Notes: generated from the letters alone by a model not told the origin. Counted from the first letter of the stretch, positions 25,172 to 37,126 are shown. The stretch is 64,000 nucleotides of DNA from Azolla caroliniana (GCA_043228905.1 JBHGNT010000014.1:1178001-1242000); one strand, 5' to 3'. Made by a program: numbers and translations.

Positions 25172-25295
25172 AGAATATTCTAGAACATTCTAGATTATTC
25201 TAGAACATCCTTTAATATTTCATGATTATATTTCTTATCATAAAATCTAAAATATTCTAGAACATTCTAGATTACTCCATAAGGACCTATAAATA
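25172..25295 (+). promoter_or_regulatory. Heat-shock-element array and TATA box in the chromovirus U3
   Basis: aGAAtaTTCtaGAAcaTTCtaGAttaTTCtaGAAc (25172-25206); second TTCtaGAAcaTTC at ~25255; TATAAATA at 25288; also present in the 3' LTR. Confidence 0.75.
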
Positions 25296-25504
25296 ACTGT
25301 CTATACATTCGTTTCAACTCATTCGGTTCAACACCAGTCTTTAGCCCTTAGCCTACTCATTGTAATCTTGTTTCATCATAATATAAGCTCATTTCTATTT
25401 CAAGTCTTATCTCTCTCTCACTCTCTCTCTCTCTCTCATGCACACACACACACACCCTCTCTCTTTCACTCTCGCTCTATCTTCTACCCACGAGTCTCGA
25501 CAGT

Positions 25505-25515
25505 TTGAACCGAAT
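25505..25515 (+). promoter_or_regulatory. Self-priming PBS
   Basis: TTGAACCGAAT is the exact reverse complement of ATTCGGTTCAA at 25321-25331, which starts 33 nt after the TATA start; no TGG tRNA-type PBS is present. Confidence 0.85.
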
Positions 25516-25586
25516 ATTTTTGTTTCCTTTTCCAATAACCCTAGCAAGCTTTCTTCTTTTCCCTTCTTTCTTTTTCTCCCTCAGTT

Positions 25587-26714
25587 ATGGAATCCGTCAG
25601 CAAGCAAGAGTATATGCGTGTCCTTTCTGAGCTCGACATGCTCACAACTAAGTTTGTGGCATTAGAGCAAGAAAATCATAGGCTACTCGGGGATTTACAA
25701 CAAGTGAGTACCGAGAAAGCTCATCAATATGAGGAGTTATCACAACGGGTTCATCAACTCGAGGCTACTATATTAACATTACGAGAACAAGCGGCGGGGG
25801 TTCAAAACTCCCCAAGGGAACCAAAGATTAGCCTCCCTACCAAGTTTGATGGTACCCGATCTTTGTTTCGAGGTTTCTTGAATCAAGTCCGTTTGGTGAT
25901 TCAATTACATCCTAATCGGTACCCAACTGATGCTGCTCGTGTGGGATTAATAGGAACCTTGCTAAGCGGTACCGCATTAGCATGGTTTGCACCACTTCTA
26001 GAGAAGAAATCACCATTGTTGGAGGATTTCGAGGCATTCATTAAAGAGTTTCAAGCTAGTTTTGGAGACACCGATAGCACTAGAACGGCAATAAACAAGA
26101 TTCGAAGACTCTGACAAGGAGATCGTCCCGCTTCAGCCTACGCAACAGATTTCCGTCTCTTGGCATGTAACATCCCTTGGGATGAGGCAGCCTTAATGGA
26201 TCAATTTCGTTAGGGTTTGCGTAATGATGTCAAAGATCTTCTTCTTACTTTCCACGAAGATCCAAAGTCTCTTACAGAGGCCATTAGTCGAGTTGTGCGA
26301 TGTGATAATCGCCTATTTGAGCGACGTTCTGAACGTCAACAAATGCTATGCCGTCAACCGGAACAGACGTATGCTTCAATAGTCGCAACACCGCCACAAG
26401 TTCCCAGACCCGTTACGAGGGATGGTCCCACTCCGATGGAAATAGAGTCAACACAACGTCGAGGGCCTTTATCAGATGCTGAGAAACAACGACGTCGGGC
26501 GCATCACCTCTGCCTCTATTGTGGTGGTCAAGGACATATTGTTGTGAATTGTCCACATAAACCCAAACGACAAGTTTACCAAGTAAGTGCACATGACAAC
26601 CCTACCATGAGTTCTACTATCACTTCTAATAACTTAACTACTAAGCCTAATAACCCATGCCATGAGAATAGATTTGATGTCTTGAGCCAATTAGAGGATG
26701 TGTTAAACGAATAA
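25587..26714 (+). pseudogene. Chromovirus gag (coiled coil, PKISLPTKFDG capsid, CLYCGGQGHIVVNC knuckle)
   Basis: ORFs 25587-26114 and 26217-26714 lie in one frame, separated by premature stops. Confidence 0.92.
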
Positions 26715-29700
26715 GTCCGGCCAAAATAGGAGCCATTTGGTTGGACCATCCTAGATATGTAGAGTTTGTACCTAGTTGTGGTTCCATTTCATCAAATCAA
26801 GTTAGTAGAGTTTTTTTTGCACAAGTCGAACTTAGCACATCTACAGGTCATCGAGTCCTAGCCTCTGCCCTCCTAGATTCTTGAGCCAATTCTTGTTTCA
26901 TGGATCGCGAGTTTGCATTGACCCAAAACATCAACTTGAACAAGCTCCCGAACCCAGCAGCTGTAGGAGTCATTGATGGTCGCCCTATAGCATCAGGTAA
27001 TATAGTCGAAGAGTCTGAATCAATTCGTGTAGTCCTAGGTAATTTGGCTAGTATCATCTCATTCAACATCATTAGTAGTCCAGAGCACTCTCTAGTTCTT
27101 GGTATTCCTTGGTTTAAGTTACATAACCCAACTATTGATTGGAGAAAAAGAACTATTGAAGAGGTCATAGTACATTCCGAGTCTCTTGAAACTGCAACAA
27201 AGGATCTAGGATCCCACATGATTTCAACAATCTCTATACATCAGTTACGAGAGGATGGAAGGAAGGAAGACATGATGGTGTTTGCGGTTTTAGCAACTCC
27301 CTCATCTAGCTCACAAGAATTGGGGGTCCAATTACCAAAGAAGTACATAGAATTCTCCGATGTGTTCGATAAGGTGAAGGCTAATAGATTACCAGAGCAT
27401 CGACCCTATCATTGCCCAATTGATTTGCAGCCAGGAAAAGAGCCTCCATGGGGGCCAATTTATAACCTTTCGCCCACGGAGTTAGAGGTTCTTCGAGAAT
27501 ATATAGATGAGAACCTGGCAAATGGTTTTATCCAACATTCAAGATCTCCTGTTGGTGCACCCATCTTTTTCATTAAGAAGAAAGATGGTACACTTCGTAT
27601 GGCCGTGGATTATCGGGGCTTGAATAAAGTGACTATTAGAAACCGATATGCTCTACCATTGATCTCAAGCCTTCTAGAACGCCTCAGTGGAGCAAAGTAT
27701 TTCACGAAGTTAGATCTTCGAGGTGTCTACAACCTTGTTCGAATTCGTCCGGGGGATGAATGGAAGACCGCATTCCGCACTCGCTATGGTCATTTTGAAT
27801 ATACAGTGATGCCATTTGGTCTCACGAATGCACCGGCAGTTTTCCAACATATGGCGAATGACATTTTTCGAGACTTCCTCGATATCTTCATCATAGTTTA
27901 CTTGGATGATATCTTGATCTACTCAAAAACTCAAGAGGAGCATGAGATACATGTTCGCCAAGTTTTGCAGCGGTTACGAGAGTATGGTCTCTATGCAAAA
28001 TTCGAGAAGTGTAGTTTCGACTAGTGTCAAGTGGAATTTTTGGGGTACATAGTCTCTTCAAATGGCATCTCTATGGATCCATCAAAGGTCCAAACAATTT
28101 TGGATTGGCAAACACCACAGTCTGTGCGAGATGTACAATGTTTTTTGGGGTTCGCAAACTTTTATCGCAAGTTCATCAAAGATTATTCAAAGATTGTATT
28201 GCCCCTCACTCAACTAACACGCAAGAATCAACCATTTGTATGGGGTATAGATGCGAACTCTGCATTTGAGGGTTTAAAGCAAGCGTTTACATTTGCACCA
28301 ATTTTAATGCATGTCGATCCAATGAGGCGCTTTATACTTGAAGCTGATGCATCTGATTTCACACTCGGAAGGATACTATCCCAGATTTGTGAAGATGGCG
28401 AACTGCACCCTATGGCTTTTCACTCACGGAAATTTGAAGCCGCAGAAATCAACTATGAGATTCACGACAAAGAGCTTCTTGCCATTGTGGATTCTTTTCA
28501 ACAATGGCGTCATTTTTTGGAGGGTTCTTCTCAACAGATTATTGTCTTCAATGATCACAAAAATCTAACATACTTCCAAAGTGCTCGAGTCTTGAATCAT
28601 CGACAAGCTCGTTGGGCGCAGTTCTTAACTCGTTTTGATTTTGTAATTCTATATCGCCCTAGGATGCAACAAGGAAAAGCAAATGCTTTATCTCGACGTT
28701 CATATATGGAACTTCAACCCGGAGAGGCCGCATTTGAAAGTCAAAAGCAAATCCTCTTAGGTCCTGATCGTCTACAAGTAATGGCAATACATACTATCAA
28801 CACACCAGGAGATTCGAGGCTTCTTGATTCCATTCGGGAGCAGATTGCGACAGATGCATTCACCCGAGAGGTTTTGAGTCATATTATCCCAGATCGTGCT
28901 TCCAGCTCTCAATCTAAAAATCCTCATCTAGACTACACCCAATTCAATTGGCATGATGGTTTGCTTTTTTGACAAACTCTCTTGTATGTGCCTGACGGTC
29001 CTTCTCGACTCAAAGTCGTGCAACAATGTCATGACACGCCAATGGCTGGACATTTCGGCATCCACAAGACTTTTGAGTTGATTTCTCACCGATATTGGTG
29101 GCCACGGCTTTGCCATTTTGTTACGGATTATGTTCGTAGTTGTGATACAGGTTGCCGATCAAAAAAGCCTCGACATCATCCATATGGCCTATTATAGCCA
29201 ATGCCTATTCTGGAGAGCCCATGGAAATCTATTTCCTTGGACTTTATTACGGATCTTCCACCTTCCAAGGGATTTGATTCTATTCTCACGGTAGTCGATC
29301 GTTTTACGAAGATGGCACATTTCCTTCCATACACGAAGACCATTACTAGTCAAGAGACAGCCGATTTACTCATGCGGGAGGTGTTTCGCCATCATGGTCT
29401 TCCAGATTATATTATCAGTGATCAGGGTCCCCAATTCATCTCGAAATTTTGGCGGCACATGTTCAAACTCTTACATACTTCTTGTAAACTCTCTTCCAGC
29501 TACCATCCAGAGACTAATGGGCAGAGTGAGCGCACCAACCAAACAGTCAAACAATATCTACGTTGTTTTGTCAACTATCAACAAGATGATTGGGTGGATT
29601 TATTACATTTGGCGGAATTTGCTTACAACAACTCCGAACATTCTTCTACTGGCTATTCCCCATTTTTTGCTAACATTGGGTACCATCCTCGTTGGACGAT

Positions 29701-30340
29701 GCTTGAACATCCCGAACTCCCAAAAAACCCGATTGCTAAAGATCGGCTCACTCGACTCCAAGAAATTCAAGATATACTTTTGCATCATTTATGTGATGCC
29801 CAAAACACTCAAAAGAAGATTGTTGATCGTCATCGGCATGATTCATCGACTACGTTTCAAGTAGGAGATCGTGTATGGCTCTTACAAGGTAGCATTAAAA
29901 CCACTCGACCTTGCTACAAATTGGATTATCAACGTTTCGGCCCATATGTGATCTCTAGTAAGATCAATGATATGACATTTCATCTTGATCTCCCTCCTCA
30001 TATGCGTCTTCACCCGGTCTTCCATGTTTCACTTTTGGAGCCCTACACAACAAGCTCTATTCCGGGTTGTCTTACACCTCCCCCACCTCCAATTGAAGTT
30101 TCTAATGGCTCTGTGAATATGAGGTTGCTGTTATTCTCGACTCCAAGATCATCCGCAAAAAACTATATTATTTGGTTGATTGGTTAGGTTATACACCTAA
30201 TGATCGAACATGGGAGCCTGTCGAGCATCTTGCTAATGCCTCTGACATGGTTGTTGCATTTCACAACAAATATCCCCATAAACCAAGTCCGAACTCTTGT
30301 CTTCCGACTCGTGGAACTCGTCATCGAAAGGGGGGGATAA
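26708..30340 (+). pseudogene. Chromovirus pol in the -1 frame (protease, RT, RNase H, integrase, chromodomain)
   Basis: LLDS*A protease (TGA at 26882), [30 protein letters not shown] plus SLDFITDLP, GPY, and a frameshifted chromodomain EYEVAVILDSK...YLVDWLGY...TWEP at ~30115-30290. Confidence 0.93.
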
Positions 30341-32013
30341 TGTCATGAAGACAACATTTTGGTTATCAAGAACCGAACCCACGACTTCTTGATCTATGTG
30401 TTGAACCCTTAACCATTATAATAACATATATGTTGTGTAATTATAATAATTATGTTTCTAGTTATTACAAGATATTAGAATATTCTAGAACATTCTAGAT
30501 TATTCTAGAACATCCTTTAATATTTCATGATTATATTTCTTATCATAAAATCTAAAATATTCTAGAACATTCTAGATTACTCCATAAGGACCTATAAATA
30601 ACTGTCTATACATTCGGTTCAACACCAGTCTTTAGCCCTTAGACTACTCATTGTAATCTTGTTTCATCATAATATAATCTCATTTCTATTTCAAGTCTTA
30701 TCTCTCTCACTCTCTCTCTCTCTCTCACGCACACACACACCCTCTCTTTCGCTCTCGCTCTCGCTCTCACTCTATCTTCTACCCACGAGTCTCGACACTG
30801 GCACTGACTCCCAAAAATATGCCTATGTACTAGGCTAGATCTGTAGGCCTCTAACGGCCTACCGGTTACAATCCGATTTGGCTCTTGGTTCCAGATACCA
30901 TCCGGACACCGATACGGCTCTTCGTTTTGAACTCCGATACGGCTCTAGCTTATTCAACCAATCTAGATCCGGTTGAGCTTGTCCGCTCAACACTCCCCCT
31001 CAAGCTCAACTTGAGGTCGGATCGCAGTGTCTGTGTCTGTGGTAGTTGGCCCTCTCCTCCGGCTCCCCCTGGCGTCCTCCCGTCTTGCTCGCACTCCTCG
31101 ACCCGTCCGCTTCCGCTTCCCACGACCTGTCCATTCCCGCGCACCTCGACCTTCTCGATCGGCTTGTCTGCTTATAAGGCCCATCTCAGCTCTTTTGCTA
31201 TTACAACTCCGACGCATCTCGACCCATCAGTTTCTACATGTCAGTGTCGACATCCGCTGCCTCCTTGTCCATTTGGCCTTCAGTTGATCCGGTTCATCCA
31301 AGTCAACCACCTCTTCCGAATCAGGTGCATCTGATTCATTCCAGCTCTTGTCCGGATTGGCTGTCTCCAATCCGTCTTTGGTTCCCAAACCTTTCACGAC
31401 ATCGGCTCACGTCTGTGTCTTGGTCTTCTTGCCCTTCTTAGCTTTACCTCCCCCTTGTTTGGTTGGCTTTGGCTCGGGCTCTCCGTTCTGGTGGCTCCCC
31501 TTGCGTCCAGTCTTGGCTTCTTCAGTCGTCCCGTGCACTCCGACTTCTTCAGTCGGGCCGAAGTCGAAATCGGTTTTCAACTCGGCTTTTCGGTCGTCCT
31601 CATCATTCTTCCTTTCATTCCTCCCCCTCAAGTTCGGCATATCGAGGTGTTGCACACCCAATGCATCGGAAAATTGCCGCAACTGGTCTAAGCTAAGGGG
31701 TTTGGTGAAGATATCGGCCACTTGCCGATCCATCAGAACATACAATAGTTCCACTTTACCGGAGAGAACGCGCTCTCGGACAAAACAATAGTTCACCTCG
31801 ATGTGCTTAGTCTAGGTGTGAAAGACAGAGTTCTTCGTCAACTAGATGTTGTTGAGGTTGTCGCAATAGATCGTTGTTGGATGAGACACCTCCACTCATA
31901 AATCCTTTAGGAGCATCTTGGGCCATATGGCTTGGCATGTCGCGATAGTCGCTCCTCGGTACTCGACAGTGCTAATGTCGGTTGCTTCTTACTGCTCCAG
32001 GCAACTGCGACGC

Positions 32014-33300
32014 TGTCATGAAGAATGTGCTTCACAATATAAAAATGAACTTAAATATTGTATTAAGTAGTACTTGAGAGACTTGAACCCACACTTTTAT
32101 ATACGAAGTACAATATACATATCACTAGGCTAGGCTATTTATTTTTAGAAGTATTGTAAAGAATATGCTTCATGATATAAGAATGAAGCTAAATATTGAT
32201 TGAGTAAAATTGAGAGACTTGAAACCTCAACCTTGCCTTGTATACCAAGCACAAGATATACACCACTAAGCTAGGTTATTTATTTTTTAAAATATATTTC
32301 CATCATTGTACTTATCCTATATCTATTTTCATACATGAGAGCTCAAATGAGCATGATGGCTATCATGCATCACATGTAATGCATGTGCGCCAAATGACAA
32401 TCATGAAATAGTGTATCCCAAAAATTCAACTTGTTTGCAATCAAAACTGCATTTCTCAAGTTTGGCATAAAGAGCATACTTTCTTAGGCGTTCAAGTACT
32501 TTCCGCACATGTATATCATGCTCCTCCTATGTTTTAGAGTAAATAAACAGATCATCTAGGTAGATGATTAAAAAGATATCCAAGAAATCCCGGAAAATGT
32601 CATTTGCCATATGTTGAAATACTGCGGGTGCATTTGTGATCCTGAAAGGCATGCCTGTATGCTCGAAATGACCATATTGAGTATGAAATACAATTTTCCA
32701 CTCATCTCCCAGTCGAATTTGAACAAGATTATATGCACCCCTTAGATCAATTTTGGTAAAATGCTTTGCCCCACCAATGTGTTCTAAGAGACTGGAGATT
32801 AAAGGTAGAGCATACCTATTCCTTACGGTGACTTTATTTAAGCCTCATAGTCCACGACCAAACGAAGGGAGCCGTCCTTTTTCTTCACAAAAAAGATACC
32901 GACGTGTATGCTAACTCTCTCAATTATCTTCCATTTTGAGTGTTTTTCCATTGGTTGATATTTTTTCCATTGTGTTCTTGTAGAGTCTTGAATGATTTGG
33001 TCAAACATCGTATTGTTGTAAGTCCATCTCTTATATCCACAAGTCTCTTATTTCATAGAGTCTTGCTTGGTTTAATAAGGCCTTCATTTCAAATACAATC
33101 ACCAAATCTTGAAAAAAATTGCTCCACGTGATTATGACTTCTTATGATCACGATTGGCTCAAATATCAAACTACATATGATTGAGATTACCTTGATTTTA
33201 AACATGAACTCCAAATGTTAAGAAATCTTAAGCCAGATTTATGTAGTATGGAATCATCCTATCAACATTCTACTTTATTGTAGATTCCAAACATCAAACC
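32014..33300. mobile_element. Second chromovirus-related remnant: LTR-like start plus decayed minus-strand RT
   Basis: Starts TGTCATGAAG like the 25036 LTR; two ~139-bp tandem units follow; minus-strand [19 protein letters not shown]...[13 protein letters not shown] at ~32720-32860. Confidence 0.75.
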
Positions 33301-33389
33301 ATAAAAATCAATACTGCCATCTCTTTCAATAATAGGCAGGAATGTAAAGGATATAAGACACTCCAAAATCACTTAATATGAATAAGGGA

Positions 33390-33660
33390 GCACTGTCAAT
33401 ATGAATATACACCATTGTCAAATACAAAAATCCAGTATATACACATCCAAAAAAAGCAAAATAAACTATGTTTCCCAATATGGATAAAGTCATCAATGAT
33501 CCCAATATAAGTATGAATGAGATTGGCAAAATAAGTGTCAATTTGAATATACAGCACTGTCAAAGACAAAAATCTAGTATATATATACATCCAAATAAAG
33601 CAAAATAAACTATGTTTCCTATGTCTCATGGATAAACTCATCGATGATCCCAATATATTT
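33390..33660. repeat. ~143-bp tandem duplication downstream of the MADS gene
   Basis: TGTCAAT(A/T)TGAATATACA...AAAGCAAAATAAACTATGTTTCC...GATGATCCCAATATA occurs twice. Confidence 0.8.
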
Positions 33661-34108
33661 ACAATATGCAAGGCCTTACAATGGCTCATGAAATAAGTAA
33701 CTTTTCTTTTTATGAGTCATTGCTTGATGATTCCTAGATATTAGAGAGGATATCATGCATATAAGTGTTTAAAGAACATAAGCAAAATCCTTGCATGCAT
33801 ATAACCGAGTGCATTATGAACTTTCTTATGCATGTTGCCTCTGTATGAACGGTAGGTCTTTTGGTCTATTAACCAGCAAAAGGGCACCTCTTAATGTATC
33901 ACATAGCAATCTTCATGTATGTGTATCAACCAATATTAGACAACATGGAACCAGGTGTAAATGAAACCAAGTGTCTTAGTGATTAGACTTGTATATAAAA
34001 CTTTGTAACAAGAGGCAATCTCGAACTGGACTTACTCAAGACTGCCAAACCATTCTCATGATAGGGCCATAATCTTCATTTGAGGATCTCATATTCAAAT
34101 AACGATTT

Positions 34109-37064
34109 TTAACATTGAGTAGAGGGGTTTTCCATGCACAAGGAGGTATCACCAGATACTAACATACTTTGCTTTTCACATCGAGCATAAGGGCCTTCAC
34201 ATAAACTTGTATTATCACCAGACCCCCACATATTTGCATCATTAACATGATTATCCTGTGCTTTGTCATGATTGTTCGCATCATTGATCACAGACAAGTT
34301 AATCATATGCTGATCACCTCGATCCTCACAAGTGAGGTTACCATTTGTGACAAATCTGGCATGGCCATTGCCGTAAACACTTCCAAGATCGGCATCATCC
34401 TTCACATATAGACTACAAGGATCAACCATGTTCACACCGTCAAGGCAGACGACATGATTATCATCTGATTGGTGGCCAAATTTAGAATTGATCACTTGGT
34501 GATCATTATTATTGCCAATCTCTTGGTGAGCCATGTCCAGATTGACTAGAGAGTTGTCTCTTGAGATGCTTCTATGGTCACCACCATCATTGGCCTTGCC
34601 TCCTTCAAGAGCATCAAGAACATCATTCACGGTAAGTGCATTGCAAGATGTGGAAAGAACATGTGAACCTAGAGTGCTATCTTGGCCATCATTACTATCA
34701 GGAATCGAAGAAGGTGATGAATCCATGACTAGCAATGATTGCCATTGGAGCTTATCATGTTGTCCGTCATGGCTATCCCCACCTTCTAGATCCTTCTCAT
34801 GCTGTGAAGTGCATTGATCGTGGTCAATTATACATGATTGCTCTACATTAGCCCATCCTTCTTCATTCTCATTATCATCCTCCTCGTTCTCTAAAAGTAG
34901 CACATTGTTGAGAGACATATGATCATATTGCTGATGCATAGGATGGCAATGCACATCAGGATACGCTTTCCCAAAATAGAGCTCAGCTGGGGGATGATCA
35001 ACCAAAAGAGCTGATTGCCATTGGTTCTGATTGGATCGTTCATGCTGCCCAAAGTTTCGATTCTTCTCGTCTTCTATTCCTTCACTTCCATGTTGCAATA
35101 AGTTTTCTTTATCAATGATGCACGATTGCTCTACGTTGGTCCAGGTAGCCGTCCCTTGATTTGCATGCATTGGATCCTTCATGAGGAGCATACCATTATA
35201 AGTGTTATCACAAATGGTGGAACATGTTGCCTCCAAAGAAGCTCCAGTGCAAACCATGGACTCAGAATTCCTCTCCATTTCTACCTTCATTAGCAAACAA
35301 ACACAATCATTCCATGTAATCTCCACTTAGTTCAAATTTCTCTCTATTTAGCTTGTCATTTCTCGCCAAGATTACACAATTACTTATATTCATGATATTA
35401 ATAATACGTCCTTTGCTAACAAATAAAAATTATCATCAAAAGCCTCTGTTTCAATACTTTCCATGTACAATCATATATATCTCATGATTCAGCAGACCAA
35501 TATCATCTCTTTTCTACCTTCTTTAGAAAATAAAAACTCCCAATATGACATTCTACCTTTGTTAGAAAGTAAGAACTCCAATACAATTCCCAATAAGACA
35601 ATCATACTCCCCTTTTAACTTCATTTGCATTCTCAAATATTATTTCAATTTACCTCCCTTGCAATATTGTCTATTTAGTAATTTCTGTAACCTCTGATTC
35701 TATCTTCATTAGCAAATAAGACTTCTATTTAGCTCATTGGCTACATTGTGTAAAAATGACACTAAACTCTCCATTTCTATATTCATGAATAAAACAACAT
35801 TGTACTTTTACCTACATGCTCAACAATCCATTCATATAATCAAATCGGTTCATTTTGGCCAATGACCTTATCATTCTCAAACAGATCTTCTCCATTGCTT
35901 CCCTCATTCACAAATAACTTTGCAGCCTATCTGGCTCAGCATCAAATAATATTATCAAATGGATTCAGTATATCCAATAACATTGTCAAATGTGCTCTCC
36001 CTTTCTGATCTCATCATCATTTAAGTTTGCCTCAAATTGATTCTATGCAGTTCTACCCTCTTCAGCAAAGTAAGCAAATAGCTCTGTAAGCTTTCTTTAC
36101 TTAATTAGCAAAATTAACAACCCCTTTTATTGATTGGATTAAATCTCTCCATTAAATTTCGTCTGTTTCCACTAATCAACTCTGGACTTTCTATTTAGCT
36201 CATTGACAGGAGAGTTAAAATTGAACTTCTCCAATTCTTTCTTCATTAACAATTAGCTTCATATAATCTCCATTTAGTTTTTACTTACTTATCAGCAAAG
36301 ATTTTATCATGTCACATCCATATCTAATCTCAGTTTCTGTGACATACACAATCTCTTAAGAATTTACAGCAATAAAGTTTCATTCATAAATTAATGGATA
36401 GTCAAAAACAAACAAGAAACAAATGAGTCTTCGGACTTACACTGCTTATCAGTTTGAAATTTTGATTTTGTGGATCGGGTGATAGCCTTTGTTCCATGAC
36501 AGGGGGTAATAATGCATGTGGTGGCTGTTGTTCATGAAACATCATTTGATATGGCATCAATGGCATTTCCAGGCTTGGATACTGCAAATATCTAATCCTA
36601 TCGATGATAAGCCCATAGAAGGTCTCTAATCTCTCTGCATGCTGCTTCAATTCAATCACGCTCATACCATCCAAAGGCTGGAGCCACCAGTTGCCCATAT
36701 AATGCCTATGATTAATATAATCAGCATGAAGTTGTTGCTCCAATGCATGGTGCCTCTCCTTCTCAAGCTCTAGATCTTGAAGAAGACTGTTATATTCATT
36801 CTCTAGGCGCCGAATAAGCTCAATTTTCTCCTTATCCACAGACACTGGCCTTTTCATGATCTTATCTATGACATAATCTATGCATGGGTGTCCAAAAGAG
36901 AAAGCTTTTCCTGCTTGTGAGAACACTATTATGCCCACCTCTGACCCACATAGAATTGAGAGCTCGCTTGCCTTCTTTATGAGACCCACTCTTCTCTTCG
37001 AGAAGCATACTTGCCTCGCACTTGGATTCTCGATCTTCTTGATCTCAATCTTTGCGCGGCCCAT
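34109..37064 (-). CDS. Type I M-alpha (AGL62-like) MADS-box transcription factor; proposed exons 37064-36441 and 35284-34109, ~599 aa
   Basis: MGRAKIEIKKIE...RQVCFSKRRVGLIKKASELSILCG...AFSFGHP followed by a coiled coil and WW motif. Phase-0 donor AGT|GTAAGT at 36441 and phase-0 acceptor GCTAATGAAG|GTA at 35284 join it in frame to the 405-aa ORF. The MADS exon is certain; the second exon is inferred. Confidence 0.8.
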
Positions 37065-37126
37065 CTTAGATAAGTGACCTCCTCCTTAATGAGAACTTCT
37101 TCAGTATTATCAATCATATGCAGTCG

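Larger units (their letters stand above)
25036..30797 (+). mobile_element. Full-length Ty3/gypsy chromovirus, Tcn1/Tf1-sushi-like, defective
   Basis: LTRs 25036-25502 and 30341-30797 (TGTCA...CGACA). TSD CTGGT/CTGGC. PPT GAAAGGGGGGGATAA. Order gag-PR-RT-RH-INT-chromodomain. Confidence 0.97.
24798..32013 (-). mobile_element. 3' part of copia B (RNase H, extension, PPT, 3' LTR) inserted in the gag of copia A; its LTR is split by the chromovirus
   Basis: On the minus strand: RNase H (VRERVLSG, ADIFTKPL), PPT 30993-31000, LTR starts TGTTGAGC at 30992 and ends TTTGACA at 24798, abutting mid-gag sequence with no PBS. LTR similar to that of copia 1. Confidence 0.85.

Noticed and set aside
24798-30992. 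LTR shared by two tandem copia elements
   Set aside because: No PBS or leader after the CA terminus; it joins mid-gag precisely, which fits nested insertion better
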